A DNA stretch of 64,000 nucleotides from a virus (lineage: Duplodnaviria; Caudoviricetes): the IMG/VR virus record IMGVR_UViG_3300025663_000002, positions 1 through 64,000 of that record; one strand, given 5' to 3'. Below are positions 54,282-64,000 of the stretch, in pieces. The notes beneath the pieces were generated by a model. It did not search any database, had not been told where the DNA came from, and was given only the letters and a program-made list of their open reading frames with translations. Position 1 is the first letter of the stretch; the number at the start of each line of letters is the position of its first letter. The translations under genes were made by a program, and so were the position numbers.

Positions 54282-54536
54282 ATGGAAGATTTAAACAACA
54301 TTAGGGACTCTATTGATATTATGAAAGAACGAATCACTCGCCTCGAAGAAAAGATGAAGACTGTTTATCACAGAACACAACGCATCGAGGATAAGTTGGA
54401 TAAGTTGATTGAGCAAGGACAGGGTCAAAATATAGACATTGCAACAAATCAAATTCAAATCGGAAATGGTGAGAGAATGTTTTGGCTTGTGGCGTCCGCA
54501 GTAATTGGATTAGTTATGTATTGGTTAAAGGGTTAA
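54282..54536 (+). CDS. Coiled-coil protein with C-terminal TM (XhlA-like topology)
   Basis: Heptad pattern then WLVASAVIGLVMYWL. Confidence 0.6.
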   Translation: MEDLNNIRDSIDIMKERITRLEEKMKTVYHRTQRIEDKLDKLIEQGQGQNIDIATNQIQIGNGERMFWLVASAVIGLVMYWLKG

Positions 54537-54540
54537 TATT

Positions 54541-54894
54541 ATGATTGAATTATTATTTGATTTTGAGATGTTTTTAAGTATTATGGTATCCACATTAGGT
54601 TTCGGTGGATTCTTTTTCACACTGAAACATAGAAAGTTTTATTCTGTGTGGGCAAGGTCATCAATATTATTGGGGTCGTTGACTTCATTTTTACACCTAT
54701 ACAACTTTGAATATATCAGAGAAACTTTGTTGATGTCTGAATATGCTATGGTTTGTATATTAGTAGAGACAATGTTTAGTTTATCTATATTACTATTCAC
54801 ATTTACTATATTAAGGTTCAAATGGAAATGGCAGGTTGACGTACATAATCACTGTACGGCTGCCGAATGTCCTCTTGTTCAAAAGTATAAATAG
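54541..54894 (+). CDS. Small membrane protein
   Basis: 117 aa, three hydrophobic segments. Confidence 0.6.
   Translation: MIELLFDFEMFLSIMVSTLGFGGFFFTLKHRKFYSVWARSSILLGSLTSFLHLYNFEYIRETLLMSEYAMVCILVETMFSLSILLFTFTILRFKWKWQVDVHNHCTAAECPLVQKYK
54886..54893 (+). promoter_or_regulatory. T4-type late promoter TATAAATA
   Basis: Exact motif upstream of gp13. Confidence 0.75.
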
Positions 54895-54915
54895 TATTAA
54901 AATAAGAGAGTTATT

Positions 54916-55794
54916 ATGGCAAAGGTACAATCAGCAACAGAATTAAAAGAATACGCATACCGTAGATTGGGTTATCCAAAGGTAGAAATACAAGTGGACG
55001 ATACTCAGGCAATGGATCGTATTGACGATGCTGTTCAATTATTCGTAGAACGACATTTTGATGGTGTTGAAGAAAAGTATATCACTATCACGTTTGATGC
55101 TACAGATGAAGCAAATCAGTATATCACTATGCCAGATGATGTGATTGCCGTTACTCGCATTTACGAACCTGGAAGATATTCTTCAGAAGCAATGAGTGAT
55201 GTTAGATATAAAATTATGTTTGACCAAATGTTCGATATGACTAAAGTTAGTATGCAATACTACGAAATGACTATGCAGAACCTTTCTATGATATCTGATT
55301 ACTTTAATCCAGACAGAACATTCACATTCAACAAAGCAAACAATCGTTTATATTCTCATTCTGGAACAATCTTAGGTCCATCTTGTAAAGTTAAAGGTGT
55401 TTGTTCTGATGTTGCGTTTACGACTGATGCTACTTGTACTGCTGGTGCAGGAACTTGGACAGCATATTCTTCTGAGTCAGTTTGCGAAGCAGCTGGGTCA
55501 TTGTGGTACGAAGGAAGTAAAATGATGCTTCGTGGTTTTGTTGGTTTAAATCCAGACGAAACTGCTGGCTATGCTCTTGATGTATATAACGATGAGTGGA
55601 TGAAGAAGTACACTACTGCTCTTATTAAGAAGCAGTGGGGTTCAAATATGAAACAATTTGACGGAATGCCATTACCTGGAGGAATCGTTGTTAATGGACA
55701 ACAACTCTGGGATGAAGCAAACGAAGAAATTCTAAGATTAGAAGAACAATTCTCGCTTGAGTATGAAATGCCAACTAACTTTTTGGTAGGTTAA
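54916..55794 (+). CDS. 13: Neck protein gp13
   Basis: ELKEYAYRRLGYPKVEIQVDD, WMKKYTTALIKKQWGSNM, LPGGIVVNG. Confidence 0.95.
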   Translation: MAKVQSATELKEYAYRRLGYPKVEIQVDDTQAMDRIDDAVQLFVERHFDGVEEKYITITFDATDEANQYITMPDDVIAVTRIYEPGRYSSEAMSDVRYKIMFDQMFDMTKVSMQYYEMTMQNLSMISDYFNPDRTFTFNKANNRLYSHSGTILGPSCKVKGVCSDVAFTTDATCTAGAGTWTAYSSESVCEAAGSLWYEGSKMMLRGFVGLNPDETAGYALDVYNDEWMKKYTTALIKKQWGSNMKQFDGMPLPGGIVVNGQQLWDEANEEILRLEEQFSLEYEMPTNFLVG

Positions 55795-55798
55795 TCAA

Positions 55799-56410
55799 AT
55801 GGGTATGTTTGACAATATGTCCAAATCAACAATGATTAAGGATATGGTTGAAGAAATAGTAGAAACCATTGGATTCTCCGCTAAGTATCTACCACGTAAG
55901 TATAAAAACTTAGATCCAATTTTTGGAGAAGATCCAACAAGTCATTTTGATACGGTATGGACTTTGAATATTCTCGTAGACGAATATCAAGACTACGGTG
56001 ATGTTGGAGATTTCTATTCTAAATTCGGTGTTCAAGTAACAGACGAAATGAAGGTGTCTTTTACTAAGAAATCATTTGCAGAGCAAACAGTTGCAACGGA
56101 TGACGATATGCCGATTGCTGGAGACTTATTATACTTTGGAGACCTTGAGGCATTGTTTCAAGTATCGTTCGTAGGCAACGATTCTTCGTTCTACCCTACA
56201 CCAGATGGCCCTCAACACGTATGGCAATTAACCCTTAAACCTTGGGAATATGGTCATGAAGATATTGTTGTTGCTGATTCTGAGATAGAAGGACTAGAAG
56301 CAGATATTAAATCTAATTTGAATAACGAATTAGGCACACCAGATTGGGATGTAGAAGACGACGATGTATTAAACTTCGAAGAAATGAACCCATTCGGAAC
56401 AATAGGATAA
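55799..56410 (+). CDS. 14: Neck protein gp14
   Basis: YLPRK...FGED...FYSKFG...GDLLYF...NPFG. Confidence 0.9.
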   Translation: MGMFDNMSKSTMIKDMVEEIVETIGFSAKYLPRKYKNLDPIFGEDPTSHFDTVWTLNILVDEYQDYGDVGDFYSKFGVQVTDEMKVSFTKKSFAEQTVATDDDMPIAGDLLYFGDLEALFQVSFVGNDSSFYPTPDGPQHVWQLTLKPWEYGHEDIVVADSEIEGLEADIKSNLNNELGTPDWDVEDDDVLNFEEMNPFGTIG

Positions 56411-56414
56411 TATT

Positions 56415-57236
56415 ATGTTTGGAACTACTTGGTATCATGGGACTACACGTAAACTTATTGTAGCATTTGCGTCAGTATTTAATAACATTCACGTACAAAG
56501 AAAAGAATCAGACGGCACTTTAGTTACAGATATTAAAGTACCTATCGCATATGAGTCTCAAATGAAGTATATGGCGAGATTGATTAAAGATTCTAAAAAG
56601 AATAGACAAGTCCCTAGAATGGGATTTATCATGAATGGTATGGAGATAGACCCTGCACGTTCTATGAATCAAATGAACGAATTATCATTTGCACACGATT
56701 CAGACGATACTAAAATGCATAAGATTTATGCACCGATACCGTATAATTTTAACTTTACATTAGATGTTTATGTAGATTACATGGACGATGGTTTACAAAT
56801 TATTGAACAAATCGTTCCTTACTTTCAACCAGATTTTAACGTTGTTATTGAAGAAATCCCAGCATTGAATATAGAACGTGATATTCCTATTGTTCTCGGT
56901 GGAATCACAATGACTGATGAATTTGAAGGTGAATTTGGCGAACACAGAATTGTCAATTGGACATTAGATTTTGTAATGAAAGGTTGGGTTTATCCTCCTG
57001 TTACCGATGCTAAAATTATTAAAGAAATTATTACTAATTACAAACTTGCTGGGGCAGATGGCGATTTTGATTTTTCAAACTCTCCTATTATGGAACAAGT
57101 TAGAGAATCGGTCAACCCGATGACATCAGATGTTGATGACCCGTGGACAACTAAAGTCGAAGCAGGACACCCTGACAACCCTGATGACGCAACAGACGTT
57201 GATACTATGAGTGAAGTTAAGTGGCCAGTAGAGTAA
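56415..57236 (+). CDS. 15: Tail sheath stabiliser/terminator gp15
   Basis: FASVFNNI, KVPIAY, PIPYNFNF, QIIEQIVPYFQP. Confidence 0.93.
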   Translation: MFGTTWYHGTTRKLIVAFASVFNNIHVQRKESDGTLVTDIKVPIAYESQMKYMARLIKDSKKNRQVPRMGFIMNGMEIDPARSMNQMNELSFAHDSDDTKMHKIYAPIPYNFNFTLDVYVDYMDDGLQIIEQIVPYFQPDFNVVIEEIPALNIERDIPIVLGGITMTDEFEGEFGEHRIVNWTLDFVMKGWVYPPVTDAKIIKEIITNYKLAGADGDFDFSNSPIMEQVRESVNPMTSDVDDPWTTKVEAGHPDNPDDATDVDTMSEVKWPVE

Positions 57237-57252
57237 ACAGTGAGATTATATT

Positions 57253-57750
57253 ATGACAAAGAAAACAGTGAACGAAAAATTAGACGATGAACTTTTAGGT
57301 TCGAGTGATATCATTATGGAGTTTGAAAATCCAGAAGAAATTATGGAGGCTGCAGAAATCGTTTTAGAAGAAACTAAAGCAATGTCTGAAAATAAAGAAA
57401 GAGGTATTGTCCCTAAAAGAGAAGTTGTGTCTAATGCTATGACAGGCGATTTAGACGATGACTATGAATTCGCAAGAGATAATTTATACAATCTAGTAGA
57501 TAAAGGAAACGAAGCACTAGAAGGTATTATTAGTCTTGCGAAAGAAATGGAACACCCAAGAGCATACGAAGTTGCTTCTGGGTTAATTAAATCTGTTACA
57601 GATACAACGATGGAGTTGTTGAAGATGCAGAAAGAACTACAGATTATGAAAGGGGAAAAACCATCAGGCAACTCAACGACCAATAATAATTTATATGTTG
57701 GTTCTACTGCTGATTTACAAGCATTATTAAAGGGTAAAGATTTAAAATGA
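57253..57750 (+). CDS. 16: Terminase small subunit gp16
   Basis: DDYEFARDNL...HPRAYEV...NNLYVGSTADLQ. Confidence 0.93.
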   Translation: MTKKTVNEKLDDELLGSSDIIMEFENPEEIMEAAEIVLEETKAMSENKERGIVPKREVVSNAMTGDLDDDYEFARDNLYNLVDKGNEALEGIISLAKEMEHPRAYEVASGLIKSVTDTTMELLKMQKELQIMKGEKPSGNSTTNNNLYVGSTADLQALLKGKDLK

Positions 57751-58067
57751 TATCACAAGAACAACAAGTAAAAAACGAAATATTAGTTAAACATAAAAAA
57801 GAAACTCGCTTACAGTCGTTTGGTATGATTATAGGTATTATGACTACGATGTTTGTAGCAATGACTATGATGGATATGTTTAAATTAGTACAGGTTATGA
57901 AAGTCGAACAAACAGTAATTAAAGCATTTGTATCTGCTAGAACAGGAATGCCTTTAAAAGTTCAAAAGATTGCTAGAGAAGAATTGAAACTACACAGACA
58001 AGAAGATATTATCAAATTAGAAGAATTGGATTTGAGAATTTTATATTTAGAAAAACAACACGAATAA
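57747..58067 (+). CDS. Hypothetical TM plus coiled-coil protein between gp16 and gp17
   Basis: 106 aa, ATGA overlap with gp16, one hydrophobic segment. Confidence 0.65.
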   Translation: MISQEQQVKNEILVKHKKETRLQSFGMIIGIMTTMFVAMTMMDMFKLVQVMKVEQTVIKAFVSARTGMPLKVQKIAREELKLHRQEDIIKLEELDLRILYLEKQHE

Positions 58068-58085
58068 ACAAAAACACTTTATATT

Positions 58086-59675
58086 ATGGCAAAGACAATT
58101 TATCTAGGAAATCCTAATCTTAAACGACAAAACGTTGAGATTGATTACACCGAAGAACAAATTCAAGAATATGTGAAGTGTCGGGACGACCCTATTTACT
58201 TTGTGAAAAATTACATTCATATTGTAAACCTTGATAAGGGTTTGATAAAATTTGAATTATATCCTTTTCAAGAAAATTTAATCAATACAATACATACAAA
58301 CCGTTTCACAATCGTGAAATGTCCACGTCAGTCTGGTAAATCACAAACGTCTCTGGCGTTTATGCTTCACTATATTCTATTCAACGACCAAAAGAATGTT
58401 GCTATACTCGCCAATAAATCGGCAACGTCTAGAGAACTTCTTGGTAGACTTCAATTTGCATACGAGAAGTTGCCGATGTGGTTACAACAAGGTGTAATGG
58501 AATGGAACAAAGGTTCTATTGAACTAGAAAATGGTTCTCGAATCCTTGCTGGTTCAACATCTTCAAGTTCTATTCGTGGTTACTCATTTAACCTAATTTT
58601 TCTAGACGAGTTTGCATTCGTACAACAGGGTATGGCAGAAGATTTCTTCCGTTCAGTATATCCTACAATTTCTTCAGGTAAAGATTCTAAAGTAATTATA
58701 GTATCAACACCCAACGGAATGAACCACTTTTATAAAATGTGGTTAGATGCCGTTGAACATAGAAACACATACAAAGCATTTGAAATTAATTATTGGGATG
58801 TTCCAGGACGAGATGCCGCTTGGAAGGCAGAAACTATTGCCAATACTTCCGAAGAACAATTCAAACAAGAATTCGAATGTGAGTTCTTAGGTTCGGCAGG
58901 TACATTAATCAACCCCGCTAAATTACATTCTTTGGTAATGAGAGATCCGATATATAGAAAAGACGACTTGAAGGTATATGAAGAAACAGTAGAAAATCAT
59001 TCATACGTAATTGCAGTTGACGTTGCTGAGGGTAGAGGACAAGATTATTCATCAATGAATGTTGTTGATGTATCAAAACTACCTTTTGTTCAAGTTGCGA
59101 CGTATCGGTCAAATGAAATTTCCCCACTATTATTCCCACATTACATAATGCAAGTTGCTCAGGCATATAACGAAGCAACCGTTATTATTGAATCAAATGG
59201 TCCAGGAGCAGAAGTTGCTAATATTCTACATTACGACTTAGAGTACGATAACACCATTAACGAATCTGGTGTTCATAATAAACTTGGTAGAAAAATGACT
59301 AGTCGTATTAAGGCAATTGGTTGCTCAAATATGAAAGATTTAATTGAAGGTGATAAATTAATAGTCAATGACCCAGATACCATCACAGAACTATCTATGT
59401 TTGTGACCAAAGGTAAATCTTGGGCTGGTGAAGGCGACGGTCATGATGATATGGTTATGGGTCTAGTTATGTTTAGTTGGTTATCAACTCAACCAGAGTT
59501 TAAAGAATTGACTGATATGGAATTGCGAGTAAGGTTATATGCAAATAAGATATACGAAATTGAAGAAGAATTAACCCCATTTGGATTTATCGACGGCGAT
59601 GGATACGAAGACGGTGAGATAGTTGTAGAGGGCGGTGAAGTGTGGACAGTCCAGCCTGGAAGTATGTTGTTCTAA
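58086..59675 (+). CDS. 17: Terminase large subunit gp17
   Basis: YLGNPNLK, PRQSGKS (Walker A), IFLDEFAF (Walker B), STPNG, VDVAEG, HDDMVM. Confidence 0.98.
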   Translation: MAKTIYLGNPNLKRQNVEIDYTEEQIQEYVKCRDDPIYFVKNYIHIVNLDKGLIKFELYPFQENLINTIHTNRFTIVKCPRQSGKSQTSLAFMLHYILFNDQKNVAILANKSATSRELLGRLQFAYEKLPMWLQQGVMEWNKGSIELENGSRILAGSTSSSSIRGYSFNLIFLDEFAFVQQGMAEDFFRSVYPTISSGKDSKVIIVSTPNGMNHFYKMWLDAVEHRNTYKAFEINYWDVPGRDAAWKAETIANTSEEQFKQEFECEFLGSAGTLINPAKLHSLVMRDPIYRKDDLKVYEETVENHSYVIAVDVAEGRGQDYSSMNVVDVSKLPFVQVATYRSNEISPLLFPHYIMQVAQAYNEATVIIESNGPGAEVANILHYDLEYDNTINESGVHNKLGRKMTSRIKAIGCSNMKDLIEGDKLIVNDPDTITELSMFVTKGKSWAGEGDGHDDMVMGLVMFSWLSTQPEFKELTDMELRVRLYANKIYEIEEELTPFGFIDGDGYEDGEIVVEGGEVWTVQPGSMLF

Positions 59676-59687
59676 AGTTTGGTTTTT

Positions 59688-59695
59688 TATAAATA
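59688..59695 (+). promoter_or_regulatory. T4-type late promoter TATAAATA
   Basis: Exact motif upstream of gp18. Confidence 0.75.
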
Positions 59696-59753
59696 GTTGT
59701 ATCGAAATAATAATGTTTCGACAAACTTATTTTTTAAATATAGGAGAATGACA

Positions 59754-61361
59754 ATGGGATTTCAATTAAGTCCAGGCGTTCAAACAAAGGAATTTGATTT
59801 GAGTACGTCTATCCCTGCAGTTGCTACCAGTTTAGGTGCTACAGTTGGTCGCTTTACATGGGGACCTTGCTTTGATGCAACTTTGGTAGCCTCAGAGAGC
59901 AATCTGGTTAGTGTTTTTGGTAAACCAAATGCAGATTCATACCCGTCGTTTTTGACTTCTGCAGCCTTTTTAAGTTACTCTAACTCACTACAAGTGGTTC
60001 GTGTAGTTGACGCTACTGCTACTAATGCTAACGCATCTGGTACTGGAGTTTTGATTAAAAATGCTGAAGATTTTGATACACAGATGGATTCAGGTACATT
60101 AACAGAAGGTTTTTATGCACGTTACCCAGGAGCATACGGTAATAGCATTACAGTAGAAACTGCTGACGAAGCAGGATACGCAACTTGGGCATATGCAGGT
60201 GCGTTTGACGTATCTCCGGCTGCTTCTAACAGTGAAATGGCAATTGCCGTTTTAGTTGGTGGTGTTGTTGCTGAAGCACATATCGTTTCTACAGTTGACG
60301 GCAATAAGAACGCAGATGGCAATAACATCTTCGTTGAGAAAATCATTAACGACACATCAAAGTTAATCTTAGCAGTAAATGCTAACGTTGCTAATGGTAC
60401 TGCTTCAACAGTTTTTGCTAATGGTGCTGACTCAGGTGTTGGTGAAGACGACTATAAACTAGGTTGGGACTTATTTGCTAATGCAGATGAAATTAATGTT
60501 TCTATTCTAGTTGCTGGTGGTGTTACTAATGAAGCAAAAGCAACTGCTTATGCCGTTCAAAAGTACATGGTTGAGTCTATTGCTGAAGTTCGTAAGGACT
60601 GTTTTGCAATGTTATCTCCTGCTAAAGAAGACGTAGTAAACGTTGGTGGTGCATCTACTGCAGTATCTAATGTTATTGCTTCACGTAAAGACGTATCATT
60701 TAATGTTGCTTCTTCTTACGGTTCTTTAGACGCTAACTACAAATACACATACGACAAGTATAATGACACATATCGTTGGATCGGTTTTAGTGGTGATACT
60801 GCAGGTTTACTTGCATACACTGACTCTACTCGTGACGCTTGGTGGTCACCTGCTGGTTTAAATCGTGGTCAAATTAAGAATGTTGTTAAATTAGCATACA
60901 ACCCTTCTTCGACTTTACGTGACCAGTTATACATGTTACCTAATGGTATTAACCCAATCGTTTCTTTCCCAGGTCAAGGCACTGTGCTTTGGGGTGATAG
61001 AACTTTACTTACAAAACCTTCTGCTTTTGACAGAATCAATGTTCGTAGATTATTCATCGTTATTGAGAAAGCAATTGCAATTTCTGCTAAATACTTCTTG
61101 TTTGAATTTAACAACAAGTACACTCGTAGAAACTTTGTGAATATGGTTAATCCTTACCTTGGAGGAATTCAAGGAAAACAGGGTATGTATGACTTTTATG
61201 TTCAATGTGATGAGACAAACAATACTGGTGAAGTGATTGATGCTAACCAATTTGTTGCTAGTATGTTTATTAAACCTGCTAAGTCAATTAATTACATTAC
61301 TTTGAACTTTGTTGCAACTAAAACTGGCGTTGACTTCTCTGAAGTTATCGGTCAGGTATAA
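59754..61361 (+). CDS. 18: Tail sheath protein gp18
   Basis: MGFQLSPGVQTKEFD, WWSPAGLNRG, FDRINVRRLF, IKPAKSINYITLNF; start reset to 59754 by the AGGAG SD. Confidence 0.97.
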   Translation: MGFQLSPGVQTKEFDLSTSIPAVATSLGATVGRFTWGPCFDATLVASESNLVSVFGKPNADSYPSFLTSAAFLSYSNSLQVVRVVDATATNANASGTGVLIKNAEDFDTQMDSGTLTEGFYARYPGAYGNSITVETADEAGYATWAYAGAFDVSPAASNSEMAIAVLVGGVVAEAHIVSTVDGNKNADGNNIFVEKIINDTSKLILAVNANVANGTASTVFANGADSGVGEDDYKLGWDLFANADEINVSILVAGGVTNEAKATAYAVQKYMVESIAEVRKDCFAMLSPAKEDVVNVGGASTAVSNVIASRKDVSFNVASSYGSLDANYKYTYDKYNDTYRWIGFSGDTAGLLAYTDSTRDAWWSPAGLNRGQIKNVVKLAYNPSSTLRDQLYMLPNGINPIVSFPGQGTVLWGDRTLLTKPSAFDRINVRRLFIVIEKAIAISAKYFLFEFNNKYTRRNFVNMVNPYLGGIQGKQGMYDFYVQCDETNNTGEVIDANQFVASMFIKPAKSINYITLNFVATKTGVDFSEVIGQV

Positions 61362-61376
61362 TAAGGGAGAATTAAA

Positions 61377-61880
61377 ATGAATTACGATACTTTTAGTTCA
61401 CAATTAAAATCACAGAACTACGCAAGAAGTAATCTGTTTGAAGTATTCATCGGACTAGCTGGACAAGACCAGAAGTTTGTTTGTAAGTCTGCTTCATTAC
61501 CTGCTACTTCTGTTGGTGTTATTGAAGTTCCTTACCAGAACCGTAAGTTAAAGGTTCCAGGTGATAGAACGTTCCAAGATTGGACAGTTACAATTATCAA
61601 CGATGAGTCTATGTCTGTACGTAAAGAATTACTTGCGTGGCAGAACGATATTCAAGGTTTCCAAAACTTTGGTTCTAATGGCGATACACCAAGAGATCAC
61701 CACAGAATATTAACAGTTACTCCTATGGATAGAACCATGGGTGCAATTGGAGATACTGAGGTTGATTTATATGGTTGGCCTTCAGAGATCGGTTCTATCG
61801 ATCTAAGTTGGGAAACTGCTGATACTGTACAAGAATACACAGTAACATTCAGTATTACTCATGATAATAGTGTTCAATAA
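61377..61880 (+). CDS. 19: Tail tube protein gp19
   Basis: ARSNLFEV, CKSASLP, KVPGDRTFQDWTVTIIND, EYTVTF. Confidence 0.95.
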   Translation: MNYDTFSSQLKSQNYARSNLFEVFIGLAGQDQKFVCKSASLPATSVGVIEVPYQNRKLKVPGDRTFQDWTVTIINDESMSVRKELLAWQNDIQGFQNFGSNGDTPRDHHRILTVTPMDRTMGAIGDTEVDLYGWPSEIGSIDLSWETADTVQEYTVTFSITHDNSVQ

Positions 61881-61884
61881 CCAT

Positions 61885-61892
61885 TATAAATA
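61885..61892 (+). promoter_or_regulatory. T4-type late promoter TATAAATA
   Basis: Exact motif upstream of gp20. Confidence 0.75.
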
Positions 61893-61926
61893 TTACTATA
61901 ATATTAATTAATGGTTAGGATATACA

Positions 61927-63426
61927 ATGGAATTATTCGGTTATAAAGTTGAAAAACAAATAGGTTCTGCGACGATTGAAAAGGGGTCAAACTCTTTCGT
62001 CCCGCCGGACTTAAACGATGGTTCCACTGTTATCAACGGTGGAGGAATAAACGCCTTCGCCACCAATTTTGACGTATCTTTCAAAAACCAGAAAGATTTG
62101 ATTGGGCAATACAGAGAAACTTCACAAAATCCCGAGGCAGAACTTGCTATCGACGATGTTGTTAATGAAGCAATTGTATTGGACCCATATAAGGACGCGG
62201 TATTGATTCATCTGGATAAACTAGATGCTTCAGATAATATCAAGAAAGTTATTACAGAAGAATTTGATGTAATTACTAGAAAACTAGAATTTAATAATTC
62301 TGGACCTGATATTTTTAAGCGTTGGTACGTTGATGGTGCTATTCACTATCACATAATTTTTGACAATGATAATGTCAAGAAAGGTATTAAGGAGTTGAGA
62401 TATATCGACTCTATGGATATCAAGAAAGTAAAAGAAGTAACAAAAGATAAAGATAAAAATGGCATAGAAGTAGTTAAGAAAGTAGACGAATATTGGGTTT
62501 ACAATACAGAAACTATGACTGGCATACAATCTTTAAGAGTTGCAGATGAGTCGATCGCCACTTCGGATAGTGGTTTATTTGATTCAGGAAAAGAAGTTAC
62601 ATTGTCTTATTTACATAAAGCAATGAAACCTATTAATCAACTTCGTATGCTAGAAGATGCGATGGTGATTTACAGAATTACAAGAGCACCAGAAAGACGT
62701 GTGTTCTATATTGATGTTGGTAATCTTCCTAAAACGAAGGCTGAGCAATATCTTAGAAACATCATGAACAAGTTTAAAAACAAAATGGTTTATGATGCTT
62801 CGACTGGTAAAGTCAAAGACGGTAAGAATTCAATGTCTATGATGGAAGATTTTTGGTTACCAAGAAAAGAAGGTGGGCGTGGTACTGAAGTTACTACATT
62901 GCCTGGTGGTCAAAACTTAGGTGATATGGACGACGTGATGTATTTTCAAAAGAAAGTATATCAAGCACTTCATGTTCCACCATCTAGAATGGATCAAGAC
63001 CAAACATGGGGATTTGGACGTTCTGGTGAAATTAGCAGAGACGAATTGAAGTTTACTAAGTTTGTTTCTAAGTTAAGAAAACGTTTTTCAGATTTATTCT
63101 TTACCTTACTTCGCACTCAATTGATTGCGAAGGGTATTATAAGTAAGAGTGAATGGAACGTTTATAGAGAACAAATTGAGTTCGTATTTGCGGATGATGG
63201 TTACTTTAGTGAAATAAAGAAACTTGAAATGATGAACCAAAGAATTGAAATGTTAGATACTATTACTAACGGTGAAATGATTGGTCGTTACTACTCTATT
63301 GAATGGGTACGTAAGAACATCCTTATGCAAACGGACGAAGAAATTGCCGATATGGATAAGTTGATGGCAAAAGAAAAAGGAGACACACCTACAGATGATG
63401 AAGGTATGTCTACCGATACATATTAA
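61927..63426 (+). CDS. 20: Portal protein gp20
   Basis: YRITRAPERRVFYIDVGNLPKTKAEQYL, EDFWLPRKEGGRGTEVTTLPGG. Confidence 0.98.
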   Translation: MELFGYKVEKQIGSATIEKGSNSFVPPDLNDGSTVINGGGINAFATNFDVSFKNQKDLIGQYRETSQNPEAELAIDDVVNEAIVLDPYKDAVLIHLDKLDASDNIKKVITEEFDVITRKLEFNNSGPDIFKRWYVDGAIHYHIIFDNDNVKKGIKELRYIDSMDIKKVKEVTKDKDKNGIEVVKKVDEYWVYNTETMTGIQSLRVADESIATSDSGLFDSGKEVTLSYLHKAMKPINQLRMLEDAMVIYRITRAPERRVFYIDVGNLPKTKAEQYLRNIMNKFKNKMVYDASTGKVKDGKNSMSMMEDFWLPRKEGGRGTEVTTLPGGQNLGDMDDVMYFQKKVYQALHVPPSRMDQDQTWGFGRSGEISRDELKFTKFVSKLRKRFSDLFFTLLRTQLIAKGIISKSEWNVYREQIEFVFADDGYFSEIKKLEMMNQRIEMLDTITNGEMIGRYYSIEWVRKNILMQTDEEIADMDKLMAKEKGDTPTDDEGMSTDTY

Positions 63427-63441
63427 AATTAAGGAAATATT

Positions 63442-63600
63442 ATGAGCAATTTAGAAAATTTAATTAAATACGCAAGAGAAAAGAAAGCAACTGCGTTTAA
63501 AGACACATTTACTGCAGAAATATCAGATAGAGTATCCGCAAAATTAGATTCAATGAAACAATCAATTGCTAAGACAATGTTTGCTAAAGCAGATAAGTAA
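63442..63600 (+). CDS. 52-aa prohead core protein, gp67-like (not in ORF track)
   Basis: Manual translation MSNLENLIKYAREKKATAFKDTFTAEISDRVSAKLDSMKQSIAKTMFAKADK; follows gp20; AAGGA SD. Confidence 0.65.
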   Translation: MSNLENLIKYAREKKATAFKDTFTAEISDRVSAKLDSMKQSIAKTMFAKADK

Positions 63601-63615
63601 CTCCGGAGAAGATTC

Positions 63616-64000
63616 ATGAAAATGTTTAAACAAATAAGAGAAGAACTAGAAGACGAAACGTTGGATGTATATACGTTTACTTCTGAGCAGTGGGACGAAT
63701 TGTCAGAAGAAGAACAAGACGACTTTGAAGACTTTGAAGTTGACGGTGAATATGAAGCAGAAAACGGTTCTTCTATTTGGGTTGTTGGTGACGAAGAGTT
63801 TGATGTTTTAGGTGTTATGGATGACGAAGACGATATTGAAGAAGCAACTAAATATTCAGGGCGTTCTCGTAGACAAGTTCATATGACTCAAATTAAAAAA
63901 CGTCGTATGAAAGGTCGCAATAGACAACAGAAACTTAAAACTAACATCAAACGTAAGAAGGCAAATAATAAAATTAAAATCAAACGTAATAGATTAAAAA
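63616..64000 (+). CDS. Prohead core protein, gp68-like (partial, runs off window)
   Basis: MKMFKQIREE..., acidic N-half, IEEA, then K/R-rich segment; GGAG SD. Confidence 0.6.
   Translation, partial: MKMFKQIREELEDETLDVYTFTSEQWDELSEEEQDDFEDFEVDGEYEAENGSSIWVVGDEEFDVLGVMDDEDDIEEATKYSGRSRRQVHMTQIKKRRMKGRNRQQKLKTNIKRKKANNKIKIKRNRLK

Noticed and set aside
59697-59753. Longer gp18 start from the ORF track (also 47857, 1654 and the 12163 GTG)
   Set aside because: SD position and conserved N-termini favour 59754, 47881, 1741 and 12160.
58086-63426. Introns or inteins in terminase, sheath or portal
   Set aside because: ORFs are continuous, of normal length, and without homing endonuclease or intein motifs.
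1-64000. Stop-codon reassignment, tRNA genes or integrase
   Set aside because: Core genes are intact in the standard code and use all three stops; no cloverleaf or recombinase motifs seen by eye (tRNAscan not run).

Overview
AT-rich 64 kb segment of a T4-like myovirus with marine, cyanophage-style gene order. It has no tRNA, CRISPR array or integrase that I can see. It opens with small early genes behind sigma70-type promoters (DsbA-like, MazG-like, HEXXH protein), followed by gp33-gp59-gp32. A minus-strand tail block follows (tape measure, gp26/gp51, gp54, gp2, gp4), then a plus-strand baseplate block (gp48, gp53, gp27-like, gp5, PAAR, gp25, gp6, gp7, gp8, DUF4815 protein). Next come very large fibre proteins, an accessory island (U32-methyltransferase fusion, flavin-dependent halogenase, DUF401-like transporter) and the core gp13-gp20 morphogenesis genes. 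Most notable are: (1) a putative metal/redox-decorated virion, with a PQQ-type sugar dehydrogenase propeller inside gp7, cupredoxin domains in the fibres, about 30 HxH motifs and nested Cys/Trp modules inserted in many structural proteins; (2) a candidate -1 ribosomal frameshift joining gp26 to a gp51-like C-terminus just upstream of the tape measure gene; (3) a hydroxylase-like/methyltransferase/halogenase/transporter island. All family assignments come from motif recognition by eye; no database searches were run.
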